Origin: Lytechinus pictus
Lineage: Eukaryota
Reading direction: 5' to 3'
Assembly (NCBI RefSeq): GCF_037042905.1
Contig: NC_087245.1
Span: forward strand, 2,358,001 to 2,422,000
Length of the DNA stretch: 64,000 nucleotides
The notes under the pieces were generated by a model. That model saw only the letters and a program-made list of their open reading frames with translations, searched no databases and was not told where the DNA came from. Positions 36,710 to 49,342 of the stretch are shown in pieces; the first letter of the stretch is position 1, and each line of letters opens with the position of its first letter. Made by a program: the position numbers and the translations under genes.

Positions 36710-38097
36710 ACTAGCATACCTAGGGGGGGGGCAGAGTGCCCCCCTGACGAGTCAAAACCTATGCAAGGGACGTATCCCTGCCCCCCCTGACGAGCCACCA
36801 GTGGCCCCCTCTTTTGAAGTTGAAGACCCTATTTTTTTGTTTGTAAATTTTTTTCTGGTGCGAAATGTCCTTTATGTCCTGTTGAGGACCTTTTTTTTTT
36901 TAATCCTTAATTTGTGGTTGTTGAAGAACTTTTTTTGGGGGGGCTTGACTGCCCCGGCTTGTCAAATTTTTTGGCTGCCGATTTTGCCCCCCCCCCCCAG
37001 AGCTACCAAGTCTCACGCATTATGCGTGAGACTCAAGCATTTTGGACTCTTGTTCATCCCCTCAAATCTCTGTCTCACGCAACTATCACAGCCTATCCCC
37101 ATATACATTGTACACAATGTCTGTGATCTCACTCAGATTCACAGAAAATCTCACGCATAGCTGGTCTTTGAACTTGGCATCTCTGCCCCCCCCCCCCCCC
37201 CCGGTGAAAAATCCTAGGTACGCTACTGGCACTAGCCCCCAAAAGTTCTATAACTGAGAACAAAAAAAAGACAAGATATAAGGAAGATAAAATATACAAT
37301 ATGCCCCCCCCCCCCCGCCTAACCACCAACCCGTTATGCCCCTCGCTTTCTTTCCTGATCCTCTCTGTATTCATTTCTCTTTCTTTCCTTCTCTCTTACT
37401 TTCCTTCTTTTTTTAATTTTCTTTCATTCCTTCTTTCCTTAAACTTTTCTTTGCTTCCTTATCCCTTCCTCTCCTTTTTCTTGTCGCTCTTTATCTCCTT
37501 CCATTATTCTTTAATTTCATCCTTCCTTCATTCTTTCCTCCCTCTCTTCATCCTTTCTTCATTCTTTTTTTTCTTTCTATTATATTCTTTCCCTTCCTCC
37601 CTTCCTGTTTATCTTGTTTTTTTCAAAGAATGAGGGAAACATTTTTCTTTCCTTTTTCTTTTTTTCTTCCTCCTTTTTTTATAATTTCCATTCTCTCCCT
37701 TTATTTTTTCTTTCATTTATTCATTCATTCATCTTCCCTTCCTTTCTTTCATAATTTCTTAATTTCAAAGAATGATGGAAACCTTTTTTCTTTCTTTTAT
37801 TCATTCTTTCATCTTTCCTTTATTCCCTTTCTTTATATTTTTCCTTCAGTTTCCCCTTCATTTTTTCTTTCTTTCCTGTTTTCTTTCTCTCCTTCACCTT
37901 TGGTTCACTCTCCCTAATAAATCTCAATTATATTTTTGTACAAGTACCCCCTGACGAGCTTGAAAGACCTTTTTTGCCCCCCCCCCCCCCCCCCGACGAG
38001 CTAGAAGACCTTTACTGTCCCCCCTGACGAGCTTGACGCCCCTTTTTATTATTTTTTTCCTTGTCAAATTTTGTGGAAAATCCTAGGTACGCCACTG
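36710..38097. mobile_element. Cluster of G-run hAT-type MITE pieces (CACTAGCGTACCTA...GAAAATCCTAGGTACGCCACTG family)
   Basis: Family head at ~36710; family tails at ~37228 and ~38097; CCCCCTGACGAG repeats. Confidence 0.65.
37345..37915. repeat. ~570-bp polypyrimidine/polypurine low-complexity tract
   Basis: Plus strand almost entirely T and C. Confidence 0.95.
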
Positions 38098-38409
38098 TTT
38101 AGCCTTCTTTGTTGATATTTTTTATTAAGACCTGGCTCAGTCGATCCGGCTAATTGGTCGATCCGCTCATGCATCGTGCTTTGTTGAATGTCCCATATTT
38201 CATTTTGTGAAATCTGGTCACCCTGTGCGCCATTGCCATAGGCATTGCATCTCTCGATATATAGGTCGGCCAACAGCTACATCGCTCTGATTACAGATTA
38301 GCTACGCCTGTACGAGACACGAGTAACATAAGGTTACATGGTCTACGGTATAGGCACCGACCCCACGTCCCAGATACGATGTCAATTGGTATAGGCCTAT
38401 AGCCATTAA

Positions 38410-38992
38410 AGGAGAATGAAACTCTTGGAGCAAGTTAGCTTTTGTGAAAGCAGAAAAATCAAAGAATAAGATCAACAAAACTTTGAGTAAAATAGGAGTA
38501 GCAATAAAAGAGTTATGAGCATTTGAATGTCGAGATCACTAATGCTATGGAGATCCTCCCATTGGCAATGCGACCAAGATCTGTGATGTCACACACGTAC
38601 AACTCTCCCATTTGGACACTGAAAATATACCCCAAAACATCTCTTTTTGCTCATTCTAATCATATGACAAACGATTCATCAATGATATAATGTTGTGAAA
38701 CCTCTGTACTTGTCATCTCATAAAGAGAACACCTCACCTTGTGATAGACTCTATAAAAGTGAGAATATAAGTGAAATAAGTACTAAAGTAATGAGGGAGT
38801 TGTACGTGTGTGATATCACAGATCTTGGTCGCATTGCCGTTGGGAGGATATACATGGCGCTAGTGATCTCAATATTCGAATGCTCATAACTTTCTTATTA
38901 TTCATTCAATCTTCCTCAAACTTTCAACAATATGTTTCTTTGATTTTTCTCTTTGATATGGATTCAGCTGGTTTCAAGGGTTTCATTCTCCT
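38410..38992 (+). mobile_element. Kolobok-like foldback MITE, family A copy 2
   Basis: TTAA TSD; same TIR and body as 5265-5845. Confidence 0.92.
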
Positions 38993-39164
38993 TTAAGTTT
39001 TAGATCTGATCTAATCTGACGTTGCGTCATCACGTTTAATGATAATGATAGATCTAACGTTAGACCTACGTTTGAACCAAGAAGGTTGAATGAAACACGA
39101 ATCACGCTCAGTTCTCTAAACTTCGTTAAAACATAGAAATAAAATTCTCCAATAAATTATATAC

Positions 39165-39423
39165 CTAGCTTGAGAAGTTGGGGATCGGGAACCTCTACCT
39201 CCAGTGATGGTCCACTCCACTTCACTAACGCTACACTACGTTGGCCGAAGACGTACAGTACAGTGTAGCGGTAGTGCGGCGGCGGTGGCTATAGTGAAGA
39301 GCTTGAGGAGTGGAGCCTGCACGTACATCACTTGAGGTAGGAACATAGACAAATAAATCCGGGTCACTGTTTATCACCAGGAGCTGGACATAGAGGAACA
39401 GAAGATCCTGCGTCCACAACTGA
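39165..39423 (-). promoter_or_regulatory. Candidate TSS and first exon of a minus-strand transcript
   Basis: CpG-rich unique sequence; Inr-like TCAGTT at 39423-39418; donor TAG|GTATAT after 39165. Confidence 0.35.
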
Positions 39424-39612
39424 ACCTTATGTAACCTTATGTATGTAATACCTTGTAGTATTTTCCAAATTTCATCCTACTTCTACTTCATTTCTCAACT
39501 TTGCCTTCTATTACTCATCATCTTCGAGAGGACATTACCCTTGGATACCAGTTACTGCCACTCCTGACAATAAACAGCCAACAATTAAGTGGTCAATAAT
39601 GACCCTCACACC

Positions 39613-41051
39613 CAGTGGCGTAACAGGCGGGGGGGGGCAGGGGGGGGGGGGCAAGCTGCCCCCCTGGCGGATTTCACCGGGAAAATAAAAGAAAAACGGG
39701 AAAAAGAAAAAAAGGAGGGAGAAAGAAAGGGAAAGGGGGAGAAAAGGGGAAGGGGGAAAAGGAAAGGGAAAGGGAAAAGCGAAAAGAAAACGACGAAAAT
39801 TTTTTTTTTTTTTTTAATGGAAAAAGAAGGAAAGCGGGAATATGTACGAAAGAAGAACATTTGAGAAAGTGTATCATTCCGAAATAGGCCTATGTAATGC
39901 AATAGCACGATGGGAAATAAATCAAAAGATGACAAATTGGAAAACAATAGCGGGAAACGAAGGTAGAATGGTATTAGTCAAAAGCTAAATTGGAAAACAA
40001 AGAAAATTAAGGGACAAGAACAAAAATAACAACCGGGCTGCCGATGATTGAAATTAAAGAGCGGGAAGAAAGATGGACATGCATACAACAATTGTGCTAC
40101 AAGCTTGCTAAATTTTAGGAAATAGAAACAACGTATAATGAAATGAATGGAAACAATGAAATGTGTAATTTGTTGCATATAATGGGAAAATCTATCACAT
40201 AATTAGAATTTAATTTCAATTGGCAATTTTTTCTTTCCAGCTCGCTTTGCACGCTGGCGACTTTTTACAAATTTTCCCACATTGCTATGTTTTGCCCCCT
40301 CAAAATATTTGGTTCATTACGCTACTGGGTTGAATAAATGTGTTGTGTTACTGTAAAAGTTATATTCTCTATATGCCCGCGATTTGAAGAGCGGCAATCT
40401 GCAACGTTTAAATGGCTTTGATATCAAGAAGTTCCGTGGGCTCCGCCCCGGACCCCACCCGTACAGCACTGCGTATGGAAGGGTTGGGCCATGGCCCCCA
40501 AAAGTTTTACAAACAAAAGCAAAAAAAAGGAGGAAAGAAACGCAAAGGAAAAGTGTAGGATATGATTTTATTTACTGAATATGATGTCAAAAAATAGTTA
40601 GATTCTCATGAAAAGGTGATTTTTTTTTCTCGCTCGCTTCGCTCGCTCGGGACTTTATATAGCAGCTTTTTAGCACATGTGCTATAATGTGCCCCTCGTA
40701 TTTTTTTTAACTCTTTATGCTACTGCCGCAAGAATCTTTTTCACAGTGGTGTACAGACCACAAAAAGGGAATCTAAGAAGAGAAGAGTGAAATATATTAT
40801 TTGTTTAATATCATGTCAAAACCTATCACAAAATTTGATTTTTGTATTAAAAAGGTCAAAATTTTTGCTCGCTCGCTACTTTTTTTTAAAAGATAAATTT
40901 TGCCCGATACGCAATATCTGGCCTTCTCAAAATAGTCGCCTCATTACACCATTACACCTGTTCATACCATGATCGATATGACCGGGAAATTTTTGGCTCT
41001 TGCCCCCCCCCCCCCCCCCCCCCCTGGCCACCGACCCCTGTTACGCCGCTG
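39613..41051. mobile_element. hAT-type non-autonomous element
   Basis: TIR CAG(T/C)GGCGTAACAGG; direct repeat CCTCACAC at 39604-39611 and 41052-41059. Confidence 0.85.
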
Positions 41052-41262
41052 CCTCACACAGCACACTCACCCGGCACTCACCTGTGACTCACTATAAATT
41101 CTCTGAATTGGTACCTCTCTCTCCCCTCTCTCTTTGTTTACATCCTCCATCTCATTTGGGATGAAAACTACAACTTTCTTTGACACACTTCTCAAAGTTT
41201 TCTTCTTCAGTAAACACGTGTTTTGAGAACGTCGTCAAATAACTTAATGCATTTGTGGATTC

Positions 41263-42694
41263 CAACCGCGTAGCCAGGATTTCATTTTGGAGGGGGCGGT
41301 AAATGCACGCGAAGCGTGCCAACACTAGGGGGTGGGTGCAGGGAGGGGGAGTTTCCCCCTCCCGCGCGAAGCGCGAAGATTTCGGTGTTTCATAAATTAA
41401 AATGAAAAGAAGCCGTCTCTCTTGTCTCTAGTACCTATTTTAACCCATAATTCAGTTGACTATATTGTGATTTTGAACCTTGTTTTCGAAAGTTACTGTG
41501 AACGCACAAAAAGGGATAAAATGGAGGAAAATAAAATATTATTAACCCTGCGTGAAGCGCGGAAGCTAAAGCGTTTTGTCAATTTTTTGGCAAAGAAAAG
41601 GGTCCCGAGAAAAGGGTTTTCTCTAAGTTATATTGAATACTTCCATCGGAAAGATCAGATTTGATTACAAACAATTTAGCGACAGTGCATATCTTAACTC
41701 GCAAAACAGAGGAGAGGAAGGATGGGAGGAAGATATTCCTCCCCGTGCAGAGCAATGAAACTCTGAAATTTCAAAGGGCGGGCGTTTCGTCAAATGCAGA
41801 TATCTCTAATACCCCCATTGGCTCTAATTCAATTGTTTTTCCTCTAAGATTATTGAACTTCATTACAAAGAAAATAGTGCGCAAAAATTTGAAACTTCTG
41901 TGATTTATTGAAATCATATAAAACAGGATGATGTATAATTTCTTTGACTTATCCTGATGCGCTTCATTTTGAATGATAATGAAATTTAAGTGTCATTCAA
42001 AATTTCAAACTGAGGGCGCAAAACAGGACAGGAGATGAATGTGCAGGGAAATGACATGAAGTTTAGTAGAATTTGATAAAAAATTTTGTACTTTTTTTTA
42101 TTTAATACGACATGAATGTATACCTTCCTCTTTTTAAATTAGGAACCTGTTTGCCCCCAAATTATGGTTGTTTAGTAATAAGCTGAAAAGCGGGAGAAGT
42201 TGCCTATATGGAGGTGACGCCAGAAATTGATATAAAGATTTTACCCGCCCAGAGACGACCCGACCAGAAGTTGCGCGATCAATAAAAAAAAAGAAAAGAT
42301 AACTTCATATACTTCGGCCTATCCTTACTCTAATTTCATGCCCTAATGTATATATTTGAACTTTTTAACTGGCAAGAAACACATATAGCTGAGGTGGAAA
42401 AACAGGGACAGAGAAAGGGTGAGGGAAACAAAGGAGAACTGCAATATTGTCATTTAACCGCGCGCAGCGCGGAAGCAAAATTCATACGTGTATATATAAA
42501 TTTAGAGCAAGAGTGAAGGAGTTTCTTTTTTGAGAAAAAAAAAAGAATAAAAAGAAAAACCCACAAAGCTACCTTTCTTCCCTTTCCTTCCTTCGCTTTT
42601 CCTTTTCCCCTCTCTTTTTCCCTTCTTTTTTTTTTCTTTTGGGGACGTTTTGGGGGGGCGACCGCCCCCACCGCCCCCCCTGGCTACGCGCCTG
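41263..42694. mobile_element. hAT-type non-autonomous element
   Basis: TIR CA..CGCGTAGCCAGG; perfect 8-bp TSD GTGGATTC (41255-41262, 42695-42702). Confidence 0.9.
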
Positions 42695-42975
42695 GTGGAT
42701 TCCATCATCTCACTTGGAGCAAATTCATCCATTGCATCTTCCACAGCATATCATTTCAAATTTGCGTACTACCCTTTTTTCTCCGTCATTTTCACTAAGA
42801 GAAAATCCAAATACCGCTTGTGCTAGCCAAGTTATTTTTTGTGATATAATCTTGTGTGATTTTGTGTCATTGGGATTGTGCAATAATTGGAACACTTTGT
42901 TATATTGGAGGATTGTCTGTCGGATCTCTACACGGATAAAGTCGGTAAGTGGAGATTGGCTTATTCCCATTGCAT

Positions 42976-43135
42976 CACTAGCGTTCCTAGGATTTTCCAG
43001 GATTTTCGTCAGGGGGGCAAACAAGGTATTTCAAGCTCGTCAGGGGGGGGCAGGGATACGTCCTTTGCATGGGTGGTAGCTCGTCAGGGGGGGCAGACTG
43101 CCCCCCTGCCCCCCCCCCCCGTAGGTACGCTAGTG
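42976..43135 (-). mobile_element. hAT-type MITE
   Basis: TIR CACTAGCGT(A/T)CCTA; perfect 8-bp TSD CATTGCAT. Confidence 0.9.
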
Positions 43136-43267
43136 CATTGCATCTTATAATCCGGCCCCCGCTTCACTTTTTTTTTGCTTGTCATATTTTTGGCGACGAA
43201 TTTGCCCCCCCCCCCCTTTGGAAAATCCTAGGTATGCCAATGAGTATTGGCGTGCGAAACCGTTAGC

Positions 43268-44290
43268 CCTACCCTTAACAAGTATTGGAAACAAAACGAT
43301 ACTCTTGGCAAGTATTCCCTGAAATGATCAAATCCCGAAACAGGTACAGCGATATTTTATTGTTAAGTCACGGGTCCGTCGGTCGTGGATACCATGCGCG
43401 ACCAAAAAAAAAAAACACGTAAAAAGGATGTCTTTTTCAAGATAGGGCACATTACGTACGTAACGTGATAAGGGTGTCAAAAACACAAAAATATTGAAAA
43501 AAAGGGTAGGCCCTATCTATTTCACTCGGAAAAAATATACGTGTTTTTGGTCAAATATGCGGGGATGATGAAACAAAATCAAAATGTTTTAAAAAGGATG
43601 TCCTTTTTGCCCAAACACTACGTGTTTAGAATTAGAGTCCGATTAGCGCGAGGTGTACGTGGAAGGTGGGGCCCCAGGGCCTTACTAAACCAAAATAATG
43701 GTGTGTATAGGTAAAACCGACGGACCCCTGACATAACAATAAAATATCGCTGTACTGGTTTAGGGGTTCATTTCAGGGATTACTTGCCAAGACTAAGAGT
43801 ATCGTTTTGTTTCCAATACTTGTTATGCTCGTGGAGCGTTGTGGCTCAGTGGATTAGTCTTCGGACTTTGAAACAGAGGGTCGTGGGTTCGAATCCCAGC
43901 CATGGCGTAATTTCCTTCGGCAAGAAACTGATCCACAATGTGCTGCACTCAACCCAGGTGAGGTAAATGGGTACCGGTAGGAAGTAATTCCTTAAAAAGC
44001 TGTGTGCGCTATGAACGCCTAGCTTAGCCGGGTAATATAGGAGCGCCTTGAGCACCTAACAAGGTGGATATGTGCACAATATAAATACCCTATATTATTA
44101 TTATTATTATGGGGTGCATTTTCAGCATATGGAAAATACATCACTGTATATTATTAGGGGCTCAATTCTGGGAATACTTGCCAATAGTATTTGTTTCCAA
44201 TACTTGTTAAGGGGTGCATTTTTAGGGTGCTTTTCAAGACCCCGTGGTCGCGCATGGTATCCACTCGTCAATGGAAGTGGTCCCTCCGGG
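43268..44290. mobile_element. Foldback-type element remnant interrupted by a SINE
   Basis: TAACAAGTATTGGAAACAAA at ~43276 is inverted at ~43806-43825 and ~44190-44210. GTGGATACCATGCGCGACC at 43385 is inverted at ~44246-44264. Confidence 0.65.
43833..44110 (+). mobile_element. Full-length tRNA-derived SINE (SURF-like) with (TTA)n tail
   Basis: A box TGGCTCAGTGG, B box GGTTCGAATCCC, conserved body and trinucleotide tail. Confidence 0.9.
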
Positions 44291-46179
44291 ATACCAAACT
44301 CTAAAGATACAGTTTAAATCGTGATTTCAGGGCTGTAGGCTGGTTTGAGCATGGTTAGGTGCACATCCTGGGGAGGTGGAACTAGGGGTACTCCGGGCTT
44401 AAAATATTTATATCTAAAATTCATAGAGCAAAATGCTGAAATTTCACCTAAATCGGATAACAAATAACGAAGGTATTGAATTTAAAGTTTAGAAATATTT
44501 TGTGAAAATAGTAAATAGTCATAATAACAATGCTAACATTTATAGGGCGCTTTACACGGGTGTTTCAAGCGCACAGGTTGGCTGACTAAAAAAAGGGTAA
44601 ACAATGAATCCATTATCAAAAAAAAAACCTACCAAAGTTATAGTGTTATACATGTTATATGCACGTCATCATGAATATTCAGTAGTTTGGCTGATGATGT
44701 TACATCCCCACTTTCCCTTTTCTTATGTTATTACATGAAATCGTGTTTTTTTATTTTTTCATACATGCAGAGGCATCGATTAGGAGGGGGGAACAAGGGG
44801 GCGATCGCCCCACCAATGAAAATATTGGGGTGACAAGAATATCGTTTGCCCCCCCCCCCCATTCCGTAAGTGCAAACAATTATGATTCCATGCATCATTG
44901 CAACTTTTGTGAAAGGTCAAGTCCACTCCGGAAAAATGTTGATTTGAATCAATAGAGAAAAATCAAACAAGCATCCTGCTTTCTTCTGTTTAAAAAATCT
45001 ATTATAATACCGACCAGAGACAGAGAAAATTATCATTATAAAATAATATTTCCTGTAGTTAGGTAGGAATCTTTTGTCATCAATCTGCAAGAAATATCAA
45101 ATGAAACCCGGGATGAAACCTATACCTAAACATAACTTATGTTATCCTGCATGCTGCACCAAAGTGGCTTTAACAGGATATACGAGTAATTAAGATATGG
45201 TACTCATCCTTTTTTTACCTCCACGCCTGTACCGAGTGTCAATATGAACGAAGGAATTCACGCACTGGAGTAACGAGTCAAAAATTTCGAGGGGGGGGGG
45301 GGCAGACATGGTGTAGGGTAGGTGACAAAATATTATTGAAAAGAAATTTTTCATGTTAAATTCAACATAGTAATACTAATTAAAACATTCACCCTTTTCC
45401 CTTTAATTTTCTTTCTAATCTTACTTTTGAGTGCGTACAGCTAATGATTCTGCATGTTAATTGACAGGGACCATTATATTCATACTTTGTACGTGCAATA
45501 GTACTTTTGTAGCTCCTGTAAATTTATATAAACTTTTTTATTATTATCATTATTAGTATTATCGTTATTTTTATTGTTACTTTTATTGTTATTAATCTTC
45601 TTTTTATTATTTTCATTATTATCATCATTATTATTGAAGGTAAATATTTTTTTTCTGTTTTGATCACCCTATCATTTTACATAATGTTCCTGTTGCAAGA
45701 AAATAATGTGAATGAATGCTGCATGGGGTTGATAATGTTTTAGGGAGTTGCATGGCCCTTCTTTTCCTTTCTCTTTTTTTTTTCTTCTCTTTTTCGTCTT
45801 CTACTTATTCCTCCTTCTGATTAATTCTGTGAATAGAAATAATGCTTTATACTCACAATGCTGGGTACAGAGATCCAATTGTGTGGCTTTTCGTGTACAT
45901 CGATTGTCTTTTTTCGTCCATTCTGAGCACCTTTTCCCCTCTCTTGGATGTGGTGTCAAGTTGATGCGCCTTCGTATTAGGCGTCTAATCCTACAAATTA
46001 AGAGAAAGGAAATAATGATAATGAATTAATATTGTAGAATATATCGTTAATGTCTCGTCTTTAATTTCCCACTGTCGTGTGATCCTTTACGTAAGCCATG
46101 ATTGGCCCTTCGTAACTGATCGCGATTTTTTTCCAGCTATTAAAACATTTTCTATACGATAAATAAGATTATCGCGACT

Positions 46180-46268
46180 GATCTGATATGAACTGATAGT
46201 GATACGATCTGATATGAGCTGATACGATCTGATATGACTTGATACGATCTGATATGACTTGATACGAT
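46180..46268. repeat. 20-bp minisatellite GATACGATCTGATATGACTT, ~4 units
   Basis: Direct reading. Confidence 0.9.
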
Positions 46269-47954
46269 TGAAAAGACAGTTAAGTTGCACACTACCTCTT
46301 AACTAAAACTTATTTTAAATTTTCTTGTGAAATCAATAGAAAATTTATGTTGCAATGAATTTCCATGCAACTCTTGATTCGTTCTATTTTTGTTCATTGA
46401 TGGTATAGTCATATCGTACTTTGGTACAGAACTAATTTTTTACATCACGGCAAGGAATACCTATCTCCTGATTATCCAAGCGTAAACACTTACCGCTTAA
46501 AATTGTATCAAATAATTTGGGAGAAGAAATTATATTAGGGTTTTAACTTTTTGTCCAAGACGATATTTCGATTTGTATTGTCAATTGAAAAGTGAGTTAG
46601 AAATATGAAGAGCCTAATTGCAAAAGGGGTTACACCCATTTTTCATCAAATTTCTTTTTTTTTTCGTCTTACTGTAAAGATTTTCATAGCTCTATAAGCT
46701 AAATCAAAGAATAGTTGAAATTCCCATTATGTGAAAAAAAGCAAAGAAAAGTCACTTTTTTCAAAATGGGTTATCCATTTCAGTTTGTTTGCAAAGGGGC
46801 AACGTATTTAGCATTTTAGGGTGTTTTTCCCCCAGTTTTTCTTTCAAGACTATAGATCTAGGGTCTATAGCCAAATGGGTTTATGGTATTATTTTCCCCA
46901 AGCTTTTTCCCAGAGTCATACTCTGGCGACAACTTGTTTAGGGGCCAAAATGTGTAAATAACGCCCGCGAAAAATTTGTTTATATAGGGGGTTATTTTTC
47001 ACACAGAGAAAAACTAGTTTATTATCATGACTATAGTAGGGGGTGTTTGGAAATAATTTGGTCACGCATGTGTACAGCAATACATCTGACTGACCCCCCC
47101 CCCCCCCCCCCCCCCCCGCCGGGCCGCAGACTTCTGGTAACGATCTAAAAATGAGTTCGAACAGAATCCAATAAAAGATAACAACCCAAGTGTTTTTATG
47201 TATAAATTTAAAAAAATGTGCCAAACGGCGCTGAGAAATTAGCGAAGCACGGAAAATGTAGAGTATGATTTCCAAGCAATGTTTGTATGCCTTTTGTGTT
47301 ACTTATCATCAGAATTATCGGTTTTCAGCTATGATTTCATTTTAAAAAAATGAGCTGATTCCAATTAACCAGATCGAGATCTATGAAAATATGATGGTAA
47401 ATTAAATCGCAAATTATCATTAGAGAAAACATTTGTTTGCTACACGGGATCAACGTCTCCAGAATAACATGCAGCGCATTATATCCACGAACTGCATGCA
47501 TACCGTTTTGAGCACACACGCGTAAAGAGTGATATGGGACAGATACAATCGATTTTCTATTTTTTTTTTGTTTCTTGTTCACATGCAAACAAAACGCTCG
47601 GTAAAGTGATTGCGATATTCTGAAAAAAGGCCTGCTTTTTACTAGAAGTCGAATCGCGATTAGAATTTCGTTTAAAAGTGAGATTATTCTGCCCAAACGC
47701 AAAATGAAATAGATTTCCTAAGCGCGATTAATCGATACTCGAATATCACTTTAAAAAAAAGTTTTTATTGGGTTTTCATAATTTTGTATAACAAATCACA
47801 TATAATTAATACAAGTAATTTAAAAATAACAGAATAAATAAATAAGAAAAGAAAAAAAGCGGCATGCACATTATTAGTTTACATTAGAAGAAGTACAGCT
47901 TATCAACAGATAGTACTTGATAAACATGTAGTAAAAGCAGTCACTTTGTCTCTT

Positions 47955-48216
47955 CTAAGTATTCAATGAATGAACAGTCAATGAAACACGATTACGAATT
48001 AGGACGGCTATACCCTCGACTATTTGAAGTGTGACTACAAAACCATGCCTTTTCGCCCCATTGTTGTTTCCAAAAAAAATCGTCAGATTTAGAGGAATGT
48101 GTTTCTTGAAGAAAAATGACATCGCATTCAATAGATCTTAAGTAATGAAATACTTTGCGTCTTTTCACATAATCTTGAATCCCACGGCAGTTAAAAGAAA
48201 CTAATTTAATATTCAT
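47955..48216 (-). pseudogene. L1/Tx1 ORF2 apurinic-like endonuclease N-terminus, frameshifted and truncated
   Basis: SFNCRGI, KRRKVF, DVIFLQETH, W..QW, SHTSNSRG, then IAVLIRN after a frameshift: canonical L1/Tx1 endonuclease motifs. Confidence 0.92.
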
Positions 48217-48248
48217 ATCTCAAAGATGGGGAATAACACATACACACA

Positions 48249-48473
48249 CAGTTGAAGCCAAACGTTTACATACACCAAAGGAATTCTGTGAAATTTGTTA
48301 ATTTGTTCACTTGCCAAACATCGTAAAATTTACTATATCTCCAGAAATATAAATATTACTATGACAAATTTGGTATCAAATGAGAGAGCGTATCAAGTTC
48401 TTTGATATGATTGGGATGCCGTTGGGATTTGTCACAAGCAATTCCTTTTATTTTAGCACTAAAGCCAAATTAT
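48249..48473 (+). mobile_element. Solo Tc1-family terminal repeat, copy 1
   Basis: Starts CAGTTGAAGCCAAACGTTTACATACAC, close to the Sleeping Beauty-type Tc1 terminus CAGTTGAAGTCGGAAGTTTACATACAC; identical by eye to 52030-52254. Confidence 0.85.
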
Positions 48474-48857
48474 TATAGATTATTATTAGATTCTATTATT
48501 AACGTTGAACTTCCTGAAGAGTGTTCTTAAACAGTGATGACATATATGTAACAAAGATACATAAGACAAAGTGACTGCCAACAAGTTGCACCGGTAAGTT
48601 TCAATAAAGGTTAACATAATAATCAGAGGCTGCGTAAGAATGGTAGCTGCAATCAGGGTTAAACAGATTAGAATGACTGAAAGTATGTAAAACAATGATA
48701 AAGCAAGAAAAAAAGAGCGCAGGTGCACAGGATAAAAAACCACAGGACTTCAAATAAAAAAAACAGTCCAGGGAAAAGGTGCAAAAGGCCAAATGCGAAT
48801 AGTGTCACATTCAGGCAAAATCCACATGCATTAAAAAAGTTTTTGAATTGTGACATC

Positions 48858-49069
48858 CAATCTGAGCTGAGAGTCACAAAGTATCGGGTCAACAACCATG
48901 AAGTCAGAGTTTTTGTAGCCGATGATCTTTCTAAACGAGTGCAACAACTCCGAAAGAAGAAACAGGGAAAATTCCAGCAGCTCAAAGAGGAGGGCAAGAA
49001 ACCTTCTTCTCGTACCCAGACAAATTGTGCTACAGAAATTCCCTTGGGAAAGTTATTCTCATCAAATGA
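48858..49069 (+). pseudogene. L1/Tx1 ORF1p C-terminal domain, frameshifted
   Basis: VRVFVADDLSKRVQQLRKKKQGKFQQLKEEGKKP, then FFSYPDKLCYRNSLGKVILIK-stop; fits the I.I..DLS......R...K..L...G......YP.KL pattern. Confidence 0.8.
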
Positions 49070-49083
49070 AAACTTTGGAAAAG

Positions 49084-49342
49084 GAACTTGATCTAAAAGT
49101 ATGGTCATAAAATCTTTCCTCAATATGGAAGAGCATAAGCTGTAAAGACGCTATAGAGAACATATGAAAATAAAACTGAAATCTCTGAAAGAAGGCGATT
49201 TGTTCCTACATTAGAACTTGATTTTAAAGTATGGCTATAAAATCTTTCCTCAGTATGCAAGAGCATACACTATAAAGACGCTATAGAGAACATATGAAAA
49301 TAAAACTGAAATCTCTCAAAGAAAGCGATTTGTTCCTACTTA
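49084..49342. repeat. Tandem duplication, 2 x 130 bp
   Basis: Units begin GAACTTGAT at 49084 and 49214. Confidence 0.92.

Noticed and set aside
37301..37954. Hydrophobic F/L/S-rich ORFs (and K/E/G-rich ORFs at 378, 39589, 42450, 52829)
   Set aside because: These are translations of polypyrimidine or polypurine tracts inside repeats.
48668..49123. 151-aa minus-strand ORF as a gene
   Set aside because: It spans the inferred inversion junction and is antisense to the ORF1 remnant.
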